From a virus (Duplodnaviria > Caudoviricetes): a stretch of 43,860 nt of DNA. The stretch spans positions 1-43,860 of the IMG/VR virus record IMGVR_UViG_3300030397_000543. One strand, given 5' to 3'. The notes under the pieces are model-generated. The model was not told where the DNA came from. It searched no databases and saw nothing but the letters and a program-made list of their open reading frames with translations. Positions 1 through 9,172 of the stretch are shown here, in pieces (within the stretch, counting starts at the first letter, position 1; every line of letters starts with the position of its first letter). Made by a program: the position numbers and the translations under genes.

Positions 1-2
1 CA

Positions 3-137
3 AAGGCTCAGAAATACCGACTTATTGAGGATTCTATCCATCGCGCACTCTTACGCAGATTAGACGACAAACGTCGTAAGGCGCAACGTAAGGCTATTCG
101 GATGGCAATCACACCCTATCAGCCAAAAGCAAGTTAA
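3..137 (+). CDS. 3' end of a basic protein truncated by the window start
   Basis: Open frame KAQKYRLIEDSIHRALLRRLDD...PKAS ends in TAA at 135-137, followed by a terminator-like hairpin. Confidence 0.55.
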   Translation, partial: KAQKYRLIEDSIHRALLRRLDDKRRKAQRKAIRMAITPYQPKAS

Positions 138-142
138 ACAAA

Positions 143-170
143 AAACGGGTGTTTCGCGCACCCGTTTGTT
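143..170. terminator. Probable bidirectional intrinsic terminator
   Basis: AAACGGGTG-tttcgcg-CACCCGTTT stem with an A-run before and a T-rich tail after. Confidence 0.6.
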
Positions 171-291
171 GACATGGTTTGCATAGCCGCATCCATGCCA
201 ACAATTTTACCAATAAACGCGAACAATACAAGGCACATTTTATAGTTTGTAAAAGGTAATATTATGAAGTCAAAAACTAGGGAGGAATGCA

Positions 292-1239
292 ATGTCGGTA
301 TTTGAAGGCTTTATACATCCTCAAGAGAACTGGTCGAAATTGCCACATCAATTAGTCAATTCGCTTGACAAATTTACATCTCTATCAGAATTAAAGATTG
401 TTCTATACGTATTGCGCCATACGTGGGGTTTTAAAGACGACGCTAAAACAATAACACTTGATGAATTTCAGTTCGGGCGCAAGCGAAATGATGGTACACG
501 CTTAGATAGCGGCATAGGAATGACAAAACCGACTATTATTAGCGGTATCAAACGAGCAATTGAACACGGTTTTATTTGCGTAGAATCGTCAGGCGAAAAC
601 GGTCAAGTCCAAAAATCGTACTCGCTTAATCAGGGGGGGTTAAAAAGTTTAACAGGGGGGGTTAAAAAGTTTAACAGGGGGGGTAAAGAAGTTTTACCCC
701 TAACAGGCTCTAAAGCCGCGTCTACAGAAGGTTCTACGAGTCCTAAAGAAACTAAGAAAGAAACTAAGAAAGAAACTAAAGATTTCGCGCCCGATAAATC
801 GGACACGAACACGGTCAAAGAGGCTGACAAAAAATCCGACAAAAAATCTCCCGAACGCGACATTATTTTTGAACTTATTTTGTATATGGGATGGGGGATT
901 AATTATTCAACCTTATCGGACGCTGATAAAAAAGCAATCGAGTCAGGGCGTGTTGCAAGCGTCAAAAAAGCCTTGATGCAATTAGACCCTCAACCTGTAG
1001 AACAAGATTTACGCGGCTTTTTTCGGTGGTATAAGCGCAAATACACTGATACAGCCTACCCGAAACGACCTGAAAAGTTCGTTGAGCATTTTCTTGAATA
1101 TCGTCAATCGCAAAACGGGGCAAGCAAAAAAACCGACAAACCGAACGCCGCTTATTTAGAGATGATGGCAGAGCAAAAACGCCTTGCCGAATTACGCGAC
1201 AAAATAAAGGACAAAACCGATGGCAAAACCGACGAATAA
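292..1239 (+). CDS. Phage replication initiator (lambda O-like, N-terminal winged HTH)
   Basis: LSELKIVLYVLRHTWGF...GIGMTKPTIISGIKRAIEHGFI is typical of phage Rep N-termini; GGAGG RBS; internal iterons; lies upstream of a DnaB helicase. Confidence 0.8.
   Translation: MSVFEGFIHPQENWSKLPHQLVNSLDKFTSLSELKIVLYVLRHTWGFKDDAKTITLDEFQFGRKRNDGTRLDSGIGMTKPTIISGIKRAIEHGFICVESSGENGQVQKSYSLNQGGLKSLTGGVKKFNRGGKEVLPLTGSKAASTEGSTSPKETKKETKKETKDFAPDKSDTNTVKEADKKSDKKSPERDIIFELILYMGWGINYSTLSDADKKAIESGRVASVKKALMQLDPQPVEQDLRGFFRWYKRKYTDTAYPKRPEKFVEHFLEYRQSQNGASKKTDKPNAAYLEMMAEQKRLAELRDKIKDKTDGKTDE
631..700. repeat. Iteron-like 22-bp direct repeats, probable replication origin
   Basis: CAGGGGGGGTTAAAAAGTTTAA at 631-652 and 653-674, plus a third variant containing the palindrome GGGGTAAA-n5-TTTACCCC. 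Confidence 0.75.
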
Positions 1240-1453
1240 TATGCCAAATCCAGAAGATTATATCGGGAACGAGTACATCATCTACAATAAGCCTGTACTC
1301 GCCCGTTTCCAGACCTCATTCGTAAAGGTACGAGTCGAACAATATTGGCGCGGCATTGATACCTTTCGCCTGTCAGTGGTTATTCCCCGTGAACATGATG
1401 GAGAATTTATTATGTGTCCGACAAGAGCAATTATAGAAAGTGACGATTTATGA
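1220..1453 (+). CDS. Hypothetical protein
   Basis: Fills the gap between rep and helicase; ATGA overlap with the helicase start. Confidence 0.6.
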   Translation: MAKPTNNMPNPEDYIGNEYIIYNKPVLARFQTSFVKVRVEQYWRGIDTFRLSVVIPREHDGEFIMCPTRAIIESDDL

Positions 1454-2955
1454 GCATCCCCCCAAACACGAATATAGATGTTGGAGCGCCGTTCTCTCAG
1501 GAAGCTGAGGAGGCGACATTAGGCTCTTGCCTTATTGATTGGTCTGCTTTCCCTCAATTACGGGCGTTTTTGAAAGCAGATGATTTTTTCTTGTTGCGTC
1601 ACCAGTATATTTGGCAAGCGTTGTGTCATCTTGACGATAACAGCGAACCAATTGATTTAATCACGGTAGCTGAACGCCTAGAGAACATGGGCGTATTAGA
1701 GAACATAGGCGGACGCGCCTATTTAGTGTCGCTTCTGAACAATACAGGCACATCTATTTATGCAGAAGTATACGCCCGTTTGGTGCAACGGACAGGGATT
1801 CGGCGCAAGGCGATGGTAGCGGCTGATGAACTCAAAAAAGGGATACAAGACGAAACGACTAAGATTGACGAGGTTTTGACACAGCATCAAGCAAAAATGA
1901 TGGATTTACAACTCGAAGGGGACGGCATGGAGTTTGTTACCATTGCTGATGCCGTTTCACAGCATATGGACAGATTCGAGCTACGGCGGCAAAACCCGAA
2001 TCATGTTGTCGGCTTGCCAACAAAATACAGTCTCTTTGACCATATCACACAAGGGCTAGAAAACGGGCGCTTGTATGTTATAGGTGGCGTTACAGGGATG
2101 GGCAAATCTGCCTTTATGATGAATATTGCTTTGCGTATTGCCAAACAAAAGCGGAAAGTCGAAAAAAAAAACTATAGACTTTCTTTTTTGAATACTACCG
2201 AATCGAAAGAAACCTGTCATGTCGCTTGGTTTAGCTACGAAAATATGGTTGATGAAACCACCACGCGGCTTGTCGCAAATATGGCAACCATTGACACCAA
2301 ACGTATCAAGGCAGCGACAACCGACAACGAATCAGGCGAAACACAACGTTATTTCACGGAAGCTGGTCATTTAGCCAATTTGAATCTGTATATCACCGAA
2401 AATGCCGAACTGAATATCATGCAATTACGGGCTATGTGCCGTAAGCTACGCTATGCTGGACAGTTGGATATTGTCTTTGCAGATTATCTGCAAATCATCC
2501 CTTCGGGCGGTAACTTCCAAAAACGCCATGAAGAAATAGGCTTTATTTCGGGAGAATTAAAAAAGATGGCAAAAGAACTAGCCGTGCCAGTTGTCACAGC
2601 CGTGCAATTGAACCGTGACAGCTTCAAAACCTCCCGAATGCCGATGCTGTCTGATATTCGGGAATCGGGAAAAATTGAGCAGGATAGCGACGGTGTTATC
2701 TTACTCCATAGCGAAGATTACCCTTGGGGTGGGGACTGGTCCGAAGTTACCGAAACCGATTGGGACATGAAAGCCCATATCGCCAAGAGTCGGGGAACAG
2801 ATACAGGGGTTTGCGACTTCAAATTTAGACGACCTTACATGCAATTCGTTGAGATTGTTCCTGAGCCAAACGACCCATTTATCAATAGTTCCGATACGCC
2901 CGAACAAGTCAAAGAAAAACAAGCGGCTAGACCGCATTATGCAGACGATATTTAG
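1450..2955 (+). CDS. dnaB: Replicative DNA helicase, DnaB family
   Basis: N-terminal PFSQEAEEATLG; Walker A GGVTGMGKS; VFADYLQ; QLNR; LSDIRESGKIEQDSD. Confidence 0.95.
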   Translation: MSIPPNTNIDVGAPFSQEAEEATLGSCLIDWSAFPQLRAFLKADDFFLLRHQYIWQALCHLDDNSEPIDLITVAERLENMGVLENIGGRAYLVSLLNNTGTSIYAEVYARLVQRTGIRRKAMVAADELKKGIQDETTKIDEVLTQHQAKMMDLQLEGDGMEFVTIADAVSQHMDRFELRRQNPNHVVGLPTKYSLFDHITQGLENGRLYVIGGVTGMGKSAFMMNIALRIAKQKRKVEKKNYRLSFLNTTESKETCHVAWFSYENMVDETTTRLVANMATIDTKRIKAATTDNESGETQRYFTEAGHLANLNLYITENAELNIMQLRAMCRKLRYAGQLDIVFADYLQIIPSGGNFQKRHEEIGFISGELKKMAKELAVPVVTAVQLNRDSFKTSRMPMLSDIRESGKIEQDSDGVILLHSEDYPWGGDWSEVTETDWDMKAHIAKSRGTDTGVCDFKFRRPYMQFVEIVPEPNDPFINSSDTPEQVKEKQAARPHYADDI

Positions 2956-2964
2956 GAGTCGATT

Positions 2965-3300
2965 ATGGCATTCACAAAATGGGGTTTTGTTGTATCGCAA
3001 CACGGGTATCATTACCAAGATGCGAATACCTACAATTGTTCGATTACACTAGAAACAAACGAAACGGTTGAGGATGAAGTAAGCGTAGCACGCGAATTAG
3101 ACATTTTGCTCCGTGAAGGGATTATTCAACATTTCGGCAAGATGGTTCACATGATTAAAAGTGTCCAATTTCACTGGCAAGAAAAAATAATCGGCAACGA
3201 AAGCCGTTTGACAACCCAAGTGACCATCACATATACCACCAAAATTGAGCCAATCAATGCCGAAGAAATTCAGGCAATTTTAGCGCCCTACACATTTTAG
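2965..3300 (+). CDS. Hypothetical protein
   Basis: AGGAG RBS, directly downstream of dnaB. Confidence 0.7.
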   Translation: MAFTKWGFVVSQHGYHYQDANTYNCSITLETNETVEDEVSVARELDILLREGIIQHFGKMVHMIKSVQFHWQEKIIGNESRLTTQVTITYTTKIEPINAEEIQAILAPYTF

Positions 3301-3303
3301 TTA

Positions 3304-3331
3304 TTTACTTTACGCAAATTTTAGTTATAGT
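3304..3331 (+). promoter_or_regulatory. sigma70-like promoter
   Basis: TTTACT-16 bp-TATAGT in an AT-rich intergenic gap, followed by an AAAGGAG RBS. Confidence 0.45.
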
Positions 3332-3354
3332 AAATAATAGAGAAAGGAGATGCT

Positions 3355-3696
3355 ATGTCGGTTGCACCTAAACTTACGCAAGAACAAGTTGCTATTATCC
3401 GAACACAATTGAATGACCATAACGCCGTTGAGTTTGCCGAACGTTTTGGCGTGACCAAGGTCACGATACAATCTGCGGCACAAGGGCGTGGTTCGTACCA
3501 GATTTACAAAAAACCGCCTCCGATAGACTGGATTCGGCAAAAACGCCGCGATTCCATCAGTGAAGACGAGAAGAAGCAGATTAAGAATCTGGTTGCCAAA
3601 AAAGACCAGCTTAACTTAACCTTTGAACAAATTGGAAAGATGTTCGACAAATCAGGCGGATACATCCATCAGATAGCGAGTGGCTTACATGACTAA
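3355..3696 (+). CDS. Tandem HTH DNA-binding protein
   Basis: KLTQEQVAIIR...EFAERFGVTKVTIQ and LTFEQIGKMFDKSGGYIHQIASG. Confidence 0.7.
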   Translation: MSVAPKLTQEQVAIIRTQLNDHNAVEFAERFGVTKVTIQSAAQGRGSYQIYKKPPPIDWIRQKRRDSISEDEKKQIKNLVAKKDQLNLTFEQIGKMFDKSGGYIHQIASGLHD

Positions 3697-4318
3697 TTAT
3701 GTTCAAATTTTACGCGACAACACAACCGTCTTGGTAGGGAAGGGCAAAAAGAAAAAACCCCTTGTCAAACAGTCAGGCGATTGGGTTCAAGTCGATATGC
3801 ACGAGGCAAGGCGACTTGTCGCTAATAATCAAGCTGCGCTGCGTAATACGCCTTTGCCGTTTGATAGTCAGGGTATTCAAGTATTTTGGATGCACCCTAG
3901 CGATACGCCTTTGGTTTTGCCTTTTGACAACGTAACTGTCGGTATGGGGTATCCCCCTACAATCGAGGGAAATGACGATAAGCTATTTTTAGTTTTGGGA
4001 GATAGCAAGCCTGTCGAGTTGCTACAAAATCCAGCAAAATTTGCCCTATTCTTTGAATTGCTACAATCGGTAGACGTATTGCTGGTATTGCATTCATTCA
4101 ATATAACCGTACACGATACGCATATGTATTCCGATACGCCGACTCTGCATTTGCCCTATTTTAAAGACTGTATCTTTGGGGTGAATAATACAAAGGGCGG
4201 TCAAGCGTTTTACGAAGAATGGTTCAAAAATAAAGAATTTAACCCTTTTGCGCTAACTGAAGCCTTGCACGCCACAACGCCAACGGTTAATTTCTTGCCC
4301 CCAGATTGGGGGGAATGA
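3689..4318 (+). CDS. Hypothetical protein; probable degenerate GT-A paralogue with a small N-terminal domain
   Basis: C-terminal half aligns by eye with 5323-5985 but lacks DxD; start moved to the ATG at 3689. Confidence 0.55.
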   Translation: MTNYVQILRDNTTVLVGKGKKKKPLVKQSGDWVQVDMHEARRLVANNQAALRNTPLPFDSQGIQVFWMHPSDTPLVLPFDNVTVGMGYPPTIEGNDDKLFLVLGDSKPVELLQNPAKFALFFELLQSVDVLLVLHSFNITVHDTHMYSDTPTLHLPYFKDCIFGVNNTKGGQAFYEEWFKNKEFNPFALTEALHATTPTVNFLPPDWGE

Positions 4319-4989
4319 TGAGCAATTTACAAGAAAACGATAAAAAGCTCAAACAATCCTTGTCTAAAATTCTGGATAGGCAGAGCGATTCGATACGCGC
4401 TTTTGTTGAAGCCATGAGCAAAATTCCAGCACCGCCAATCTGGAATCGTTCGCGTGCTATTATCAACGCGGCGGACGTCGAAAAATTAGAATACGCAATA
4501 GGGGTTGACCCTGCATCTCTTGAAATAGACGGTGATGGACGTATCCTAAATGCCAGAGCGCTATCATTCGGTTTGGATATTCAGACCTCAGAATATGTTG
4601 AGCAAGGAACGGTGTTTTTGGTCAACGAACCCAAAAGCGCGATACACTTCGAGAGCGTGCTTGAGTCGGATAAACTGAATAATATGATTAACAGCTTTGC
4701 TCATAAATATTTCAACACCGATTGGATTTATGGTGAAAACTACACGTCCAATCTTGACCCCGTGACGCAATCAAACCGATGGCAACGGCGCTTGGGCGAG
4801 AATATGTTAGCGTGGGGCAAGCGACTCGAACAAAACGGATGGCTAGATAATCCCCAAATCAGATGGGAGTACCAAAAAGAAGTATTCCGCACCATTAGCG
4901 ATACAGTCCGTGATTTAACCGTTATTTTCATTGACTCCTTCGCACAATTCAAAGATTGGTTTCTTGAGCTAACGAAAGGTGACGAATGA
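4315..4989 (+). CDS. Hypothetical protein
   Basis: Long ORF with overlapping start/stop codons at both ends. Confidence 0.7.
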   Translation: MMSNLQENDKKLKQSLSKILDRQSDSIRAFVEAMSKIPAPPIWNRSRAIINAADVEKLEYAIGVDPASLEIDGDGRILNARALSFGLDIQTSEYVEQGTVFLVNEPKSAIHFESVLESDKLNNMINSFAHKYFNTDWIYGENYTSNLDPVTQSNRWQRRLGENMLAWGKRLEQNGWLDNPQIRWEYQKEVFRTISDTVRDLTVIFIDSFAQFKDWFLELTKGDE

Positions 4990-5330
4990 ACGGTATCGAA
5001 TTAATCAAAAAACTGAATCGGGTTGTTTCTGCTATGCGATTAAAACCCGACAATATCATTATTGCGATTGTTGCCGACAAAGCCAAGATTGTCATCACCG
5101 CCAACGGTCATGAATACCCCTTAATTACAACCACAGTCGAGTATGTTGAGAGAATGGGTATTGAGGCGCAAGCCCGATATTTTGACCATCAACTAGAAAA
5201 ATGGGGTTTTAAGCCGAATCGACTAAAAATCTTGGAAGAATTTGTTGCCGATTCTTTGACGACAGAAGATGCCGAAGGCTACACGCTTTACGGTCAAGAA
5301 TTAGCTAAAAGGTATAACCTCCATGAATAA
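4986..5330 (+). CDS. Hypothetical protein
   Basis: ATGA coupling to the upstream gene. Confidence 0.7.
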   Translation: MNGIELIKKLNRVVSAMRLKPDNIIIAIVADKAKIVITANGHEYPLITTTVEYVERMGIEAQARYFDHQLEKWGFKPNRLKILEEFVADSLTTEDAEGYTLYGQELAKRYNLHE

Positions 5331-5985
5331 AAACGGTATTATTTTCTCCGCTTATGGGCAAGAAGCCCGTAACGAAGCGCTTGCTTGCATCGAGTCGATA
5401 CGACGCGCTATTCAAAATTACAAGCTGGATATTGGTATCGCGGTATCGTCTGACGATATTGCCGCGTTTCGCTTGTATGCTGATTTCTTTGAGGAAAAAT
5501 ACGACTCGCCGTTCGGACGCTTGGCGAAATTAAGTGCTGACCGATGGACTCCCTTCCAAAACACGCTTTATTTAGATGCAGATACGCGAGTAAACGGGGA
5601 CATTTCACCCATTTTTCAGATGTTGGAAACAGGCTTTGAATTTGTGGCAACCTTATCCCCTCAACAGGGAAAGAATTGGCTGTGGCACATCGACAAAACC
5701 GAGCGCTTGGCTACGGAAAGTGCGATAGGCTATTTGCCTATACAACTTCAAGGTGGGGTTTGGGGCTTCCGCAAGACCAATAATACGCGCAAATTTTTCG
5801 CCAACTGGCGCAAGGCGTGGAAAAAATACCCTGACAATTATCCTGACCAAGCAGCGCTGACATGGGCGATTCATCATTCCCCCATGAAAATCGGTTTGTT
5901 AGGGCATACCTATAACGGCGGTGCGGCAATTGCACATCGTTTTGGCGCGGCGCGGCGCACAGATATTGCACAAGATATTCGCTAA
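5323..5985 (+). CDS. GT-A fold glycosyltransferase (GT8-like / nucleotide-diphospho-sugar transferase)
   Basis: TPFQNTLYLDADT (DxD motif), LQGGVWGF, DQAAL. Confidence 0.85.
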   Translation: MNKNGIIFSAYGQEARNEALACIESIRRAIQNYKLDIGIAVSSDDIAAFRLYADFFEEKYDSPFGRLAKLSADRWTPFQNTLYLDADTRVNGDISPIFQMLETGFEFVATLSPQQGKNWLWHIDKTERLATESAIGYLPIQLQGGVWGFRKTNNTRKFFANWRKAWKKYPDNYPDQAALTWAIHHSPMKIGLLGHTYNGGAAIAHRFGAARRTDIAQDIR

Positions 5986-5996
5986 GGGAGACAATC

Positions 5997-7211
5997 GTGA
6001 GCGAAGAAAAAACGCCCGAAGAATTGTTGAACGGAACACAAGATGTTACCCCTGTAACACCAACATCCGATATGATATTTGGTATCGAAACCATAGAAGA
6101 CATTTTCGATATTCTTGCCCAATATCCCGAATTTGACGAATGGGAGCAATTCGGGAATGTTACGGTTAAATCGGAAGGCAATTACCTTTTGTTTAACTAC
6201 AATGCCCAAGCGACTTATCAAGGGGATTGGAACGCCTTCGAGCGCATGAGTCGCGGCTTGATTATCGACAAATACAATTTAGAAATTCGGGCGCGTCCGT
6301 TTGATAAGTTTTTTAATTGGGGTGAACACGGCTGGACCAGTGATGCCAGAGTCGATTACGCAATGCAGAAAATGGACGGTAGTTTAGGCGTATGCTGGTA
6401 CGACCCTGAAAAAGAAACGTGGCGCATTACAACACGCGGCAGCTTCGATAGCGAACAAGCAAAGTGGGCAACGGTCTATTTGCATCGTCAATATGGCATG
6501 TTCATAGATGACAATTTTTCACTTGACCACACATTTTTATTTGAAATAATCTACCCTCAAAATCGTGTGGTGGTTAATTACGGTGGTTTTCAGGGCTTAG
6601 TTCTCATTGGCGCACGCATCAATAACACGGGCGACTATTACGATGATGCAATGCTTGAAGCCTTTGCTGGAACGATACTTTGTCCTACGCCGCGCATCTT
6701 AGATTTTTTGAGCATCGACAATATCTTAGATGCTTTAAAGCATATTCAAGGTGTTAAAACCGAAGGATTCGTAACAGTACATGGTGATGGTACGCGCTGG
6801 AAATTCAAGGGCGAAGATTATTTGCGGATTCATAAGGTCGTTTCAACATTTTCCCTAAAGAATGTCGTCAAAGCGTTAGGGGAAGGGACGTTTCGTCAGT
6901 GGCTAACGGGTATCCCCGACGAATTTCTAGGCGAAATTAAAGCGATGGCAAAAGCAATTACCGCAAGAGTAGACGGCATTGAAGCCGATGTTGACCGCGC
7001 TATTGCAATGTTGACTGTACAATTAGACTATCTTCACGCAGAAGCGAAAGATAGGCGTAAAATTTTCGCGCAAAATGTCAAAGCGTATTATCCCGAATTA
7101 GCACCATACCTATTCCGCAAGTTAGACGGTAAACTAGACCGTGAATTCATCTTAAAAAAGCACGATTTTAGCGACTTGGAGAACAAAGACGATGCCAAGA
7201 GCGAGTCTTGA
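5997..7211 (+). CDS. RNA ligase, T4 Rnl1 (RnlA) family
   Basis: SRGLI...ARPFDKFFN; motif I KMDGS; TRGSF; FLFEII; EGFV; KFK. Confidence 0.92.
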   Translation: MSEEKTPEELLNGTQDVTPVTPTSDMIFGIETIEDIFDILAQYPEFDEWEQFGNVTVKSEGNYLLFNYNAQATYQGDWNAFERMSRGLIIDKYNLEIRARPFDKFFNWGEHGWTSDARVDYAMQKMDGSLGVCWYDPEKETWRITTRGSFDSEQAKWATVYLHRQYGMFIDDNFSLDHTFLFEIIYPQNRVVVNYGGFQGLVLIGARINNTGDYYDDAMLEAFAGTILCPTPRILDFLSIDNILDALKHIQGVKTEGFVTVHGDGTRWKFKGEDYLRIHKVVSTFSLKNVVKALGEGTFRQWLTGIPDEFLGEIKAMAKAITARVDGIEADVDRAIAMLTVQLDYLHAEAKDRRKIFAQNVKAYYPELAPYLFRKLDGKLDREFILKKHDFSDLENKDDAKSES

Positions 7212-7401
7212 AGGCGGATTGCATTCCATCGGGCGTTGCCGCTTATGTGGTCGCCCGATGATACATCACCGCTTGTACGGCTACCAATGCAGTAGCCGCG
7301 AACACCAATCTATATTGTTTCGCATGTACGAAAGCAATCGCTTTGACGAGAAAAAAGTTGAAGTTGAGATAAGCAATTGGAGAAAGCGACATGGATACTA
7401 A
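7192..7401 (+). CDS. Small zinc-ribbon-like protein
   Basis: CRLCGRPM...YQCSSREH. Confidence 0.55.
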   Translation: MPRASLEGGLHSIGRCRLCGRPMIHHRLYGYQCSSREHQSILFRMYESNRFDEKKVEVEISNWRKRHGY

Positions 7402-7657
7402 ACGGTATTTAATCAACTACAATCTCACACTGTTATTCGGGCTGATATTTTTATATATTGCATTTATTCTTACAGTGCCTACGTTCAATCAGTATTGTTT
7501 GAGTGCCGCAATCATTGTTGTTGCTTTTATTTTTGGTGACGGTATGAACCGATGGAACGAATTGCGCGAGGATGAACCCGAAGCGGTTGACCTGAAAAAA
7601 ACGGGCGAGTTAGTCAGGCTTGAAGATGACGAAAGTTCACATTGTTTATCCCAATGA
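7391..7657 (+). CDS. Small membrane protein with two TM segments
   Basis: Two hydrophobic stretches and an acidic tail. Confidence 0.6.
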   Translation: MDTKRYLINYNLTLLFGLIFLYIAFILTVPTFNQYCLSAAIIVVAFIFGDGMNRWNELREDEPEAVDLKKTGELVRLEDDESSHCLSQ

Positions 7658-8450
7658 CGAGCGCGATATAATCTCGCGTATGATGGTTTGTCTTGCGCGT
7701 GGCGCAGGATGGACAATCGAAAATAAAGCAAAACCGAGTGCTGATATTAATTATTTCGGTTTGTACCTATTCGCACTAGGGCGCGACAAGCATCTGGATT
7801 ACAAAGGCAAAACGGCGGCATGGTTCAGCCACTACGAAATTGAAACCCCTCACAAAATGGAAATGTGGCAACAAGCGGCGGAATGGGTTGATATTCGCTT
7901 AACATCTGCGCCACAATATCTTGAGATGCTTAAACCCTACGGTGAAACCCATCTAGTTATCCCTCCTGTACACGAACAATTTGAATTGGCAGGACCACGT
8001 AGCGCGACGATAGGCGTTTCGGGTTTTGTATACCCTCACGGGCGCAAAGGGGAGCATCTGGTCAGTCAATTATCCGAATACTGCAAGGGACGTGGTTGGC
8101 ATATCAAAGCGTCTGGCAAAGGATGGGATGTTGAGGACATTCAAGAATACGATTGGTTAGATATGCCTGATTTTTACCGTTCGCTTGACGTGTTGCTGGT
8201 CACGTCTTACACGGAAGGGATTCCGATGCCGCCCTTAGAAGCCCTTGCGTGCGGAACGCCCGTTGTTGCACCTTATGGCGTAGGCTTATTAGACGAATTA
8301 GATTCGCCTCACATTTTCCACTACAAAAAAGGCTCTTTCGAGGGGATGATTGAAGCCCTCAAAGATGCTCTCTATCCCGATAGAGCCGTTCGGAAATTTA
8401 GCCAATGGAATTGGGTTCATTCACATAAAAAAGCCTTTGGTCTAACTTAA
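7626..8450 (+). CDS. GT-B fold glycosyltransferase, family 4
   Basis: FYRSLDVLLVTSYTEGIPMPPLEALACGTPVV (EX7E motif); GRKGE. Confidence 0.88.
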   Translation: MTKVHIVYPNDERDIISRMMVCLARGAGWTIENKAKPSADINYFGLYLFALGRDKHLDYKGKTAAWFSHYEIETPHKMEMWQQAAEWVDIRLTSAPQYLEMLKPYGETHLVIPPVHEQFELAGPRSATIGVSGFVYPHGRKGEHLVSQLSEYCKGRGWHIKASGKGWDVEDIQEYDWLDMPDFYRSLDVLLVTSYTEGIPMPPLEALACGTPVVAPYGVGLLDELDSPHIFHYKKGSFEGMIEALKDALYPDRAVRKFSQWNWVHSHKKAFGLT

Positions 8451-8453
8451 CCC

Positions 8454-8482
8454 TTTACTGTATCTAAAATATCATTTACAGT
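8454..8482 (+). promoter_or_regulatory. Conserved phage promoter copy
   Basis: CCC-TTTACT-17 bp-TACAGT; shares AAAATATCAT with the 40136-40164 copy. Confidence 0.5.
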
Positions 8483-8506
8483 ATTTAAAAACAAAAGGTG
8501 GGTTCA

Positions 8507-9172
8507 ATGGGAAAAACTACGATAGAGTGGGCAGACCATAGCTTAAATTGGTATACGTGGAAGTGCAAAAAAGTTTCTGCCGAGTGCAAAAATTGCTATA
8601 TGTACGATATGGCTAAACGCATGGGCAAAGACCCCAATGGTATCCCTGAGTGGCGTGCAAACGCTGTAAAAGATTATAACAAACTAAAAGCTGGTGACGT
8701 GGCATTCGTCAATAGCATGTCTGACTCCTACATTGAGGGCGTGCCGTTTGAATGGATTAAGCACATGCACCAATACGCCGTACTCAAGCCCGAAGTAATC
8801 TTCTTATTCCTCACCAAACGCCCTGAGCGTGTATTAGAACTCGCCCCTGACCTCGATTTTCCCGATAACCTTTGGGTCGGGACTAGTGTTGGTGTGCGTT
8901 CTTCAATGCACCGTATTGAGACCTTACTAAAAGTCCCAAGCGCAGGGCATTTTGTGTCGGCTGAACCGTTGCTTGAGGATATTTCGGGAACATATTTCGG
9001 GAATAGTATCACCCCGTTTCTCCCTGCTTTGGGATGGGTGATTGTCGGTGCGGAAAGTGGCAATAAGCGTCGTGATTACGATGAGCAATGGGCGCGGAAT
9101 ATTCGGGATGCGTGCCTCGCAGTTGATACACCGTTTTTATACAAACAAGGTAGAGCGCGAACAAGCGCGTGA
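8507..9172 (+). CDS. DUF5131 / phage Gp37-Gp68 family protein (radical-SAM-like), C-terminus possibly truncated
   Basis: TTIEWADH; CKKVSAECKNCY; FVNSMSD; LTKRPER; NLWVGTSV; SAEPLL; WVIVGAESG. Confidence 0.88.
   Translation: MGKTTIEWADHSLNWYTWKCKKVSAECKNCYMYDMAKRMGKDPNGIPEWRANAVKDYNKLKAGDVAFVNSMSDSYIEGVPFEWIKHMHQYAVLKPEVIFLFLTKRPERVLELAPDLDFPDNLWVGTSVGVRSSMHRIETLLKVPSAGHFVSAEPLLEDISGTYFGNSITPFLPALGWVIVGAESGNKRRDYDEQWARNIRDACLAVDTPFLYKQGRARTSA

Noticed and set aside
631-780. CRISPR-like repeats
   Set aside because: Tandem units without spacers inside a coding region, and no cas genes.
1450-2955. Intein in DnaB (also checked in TerL)
   Set aside because: Normal protein lengths and no C...HN-[CST] splice motifs.
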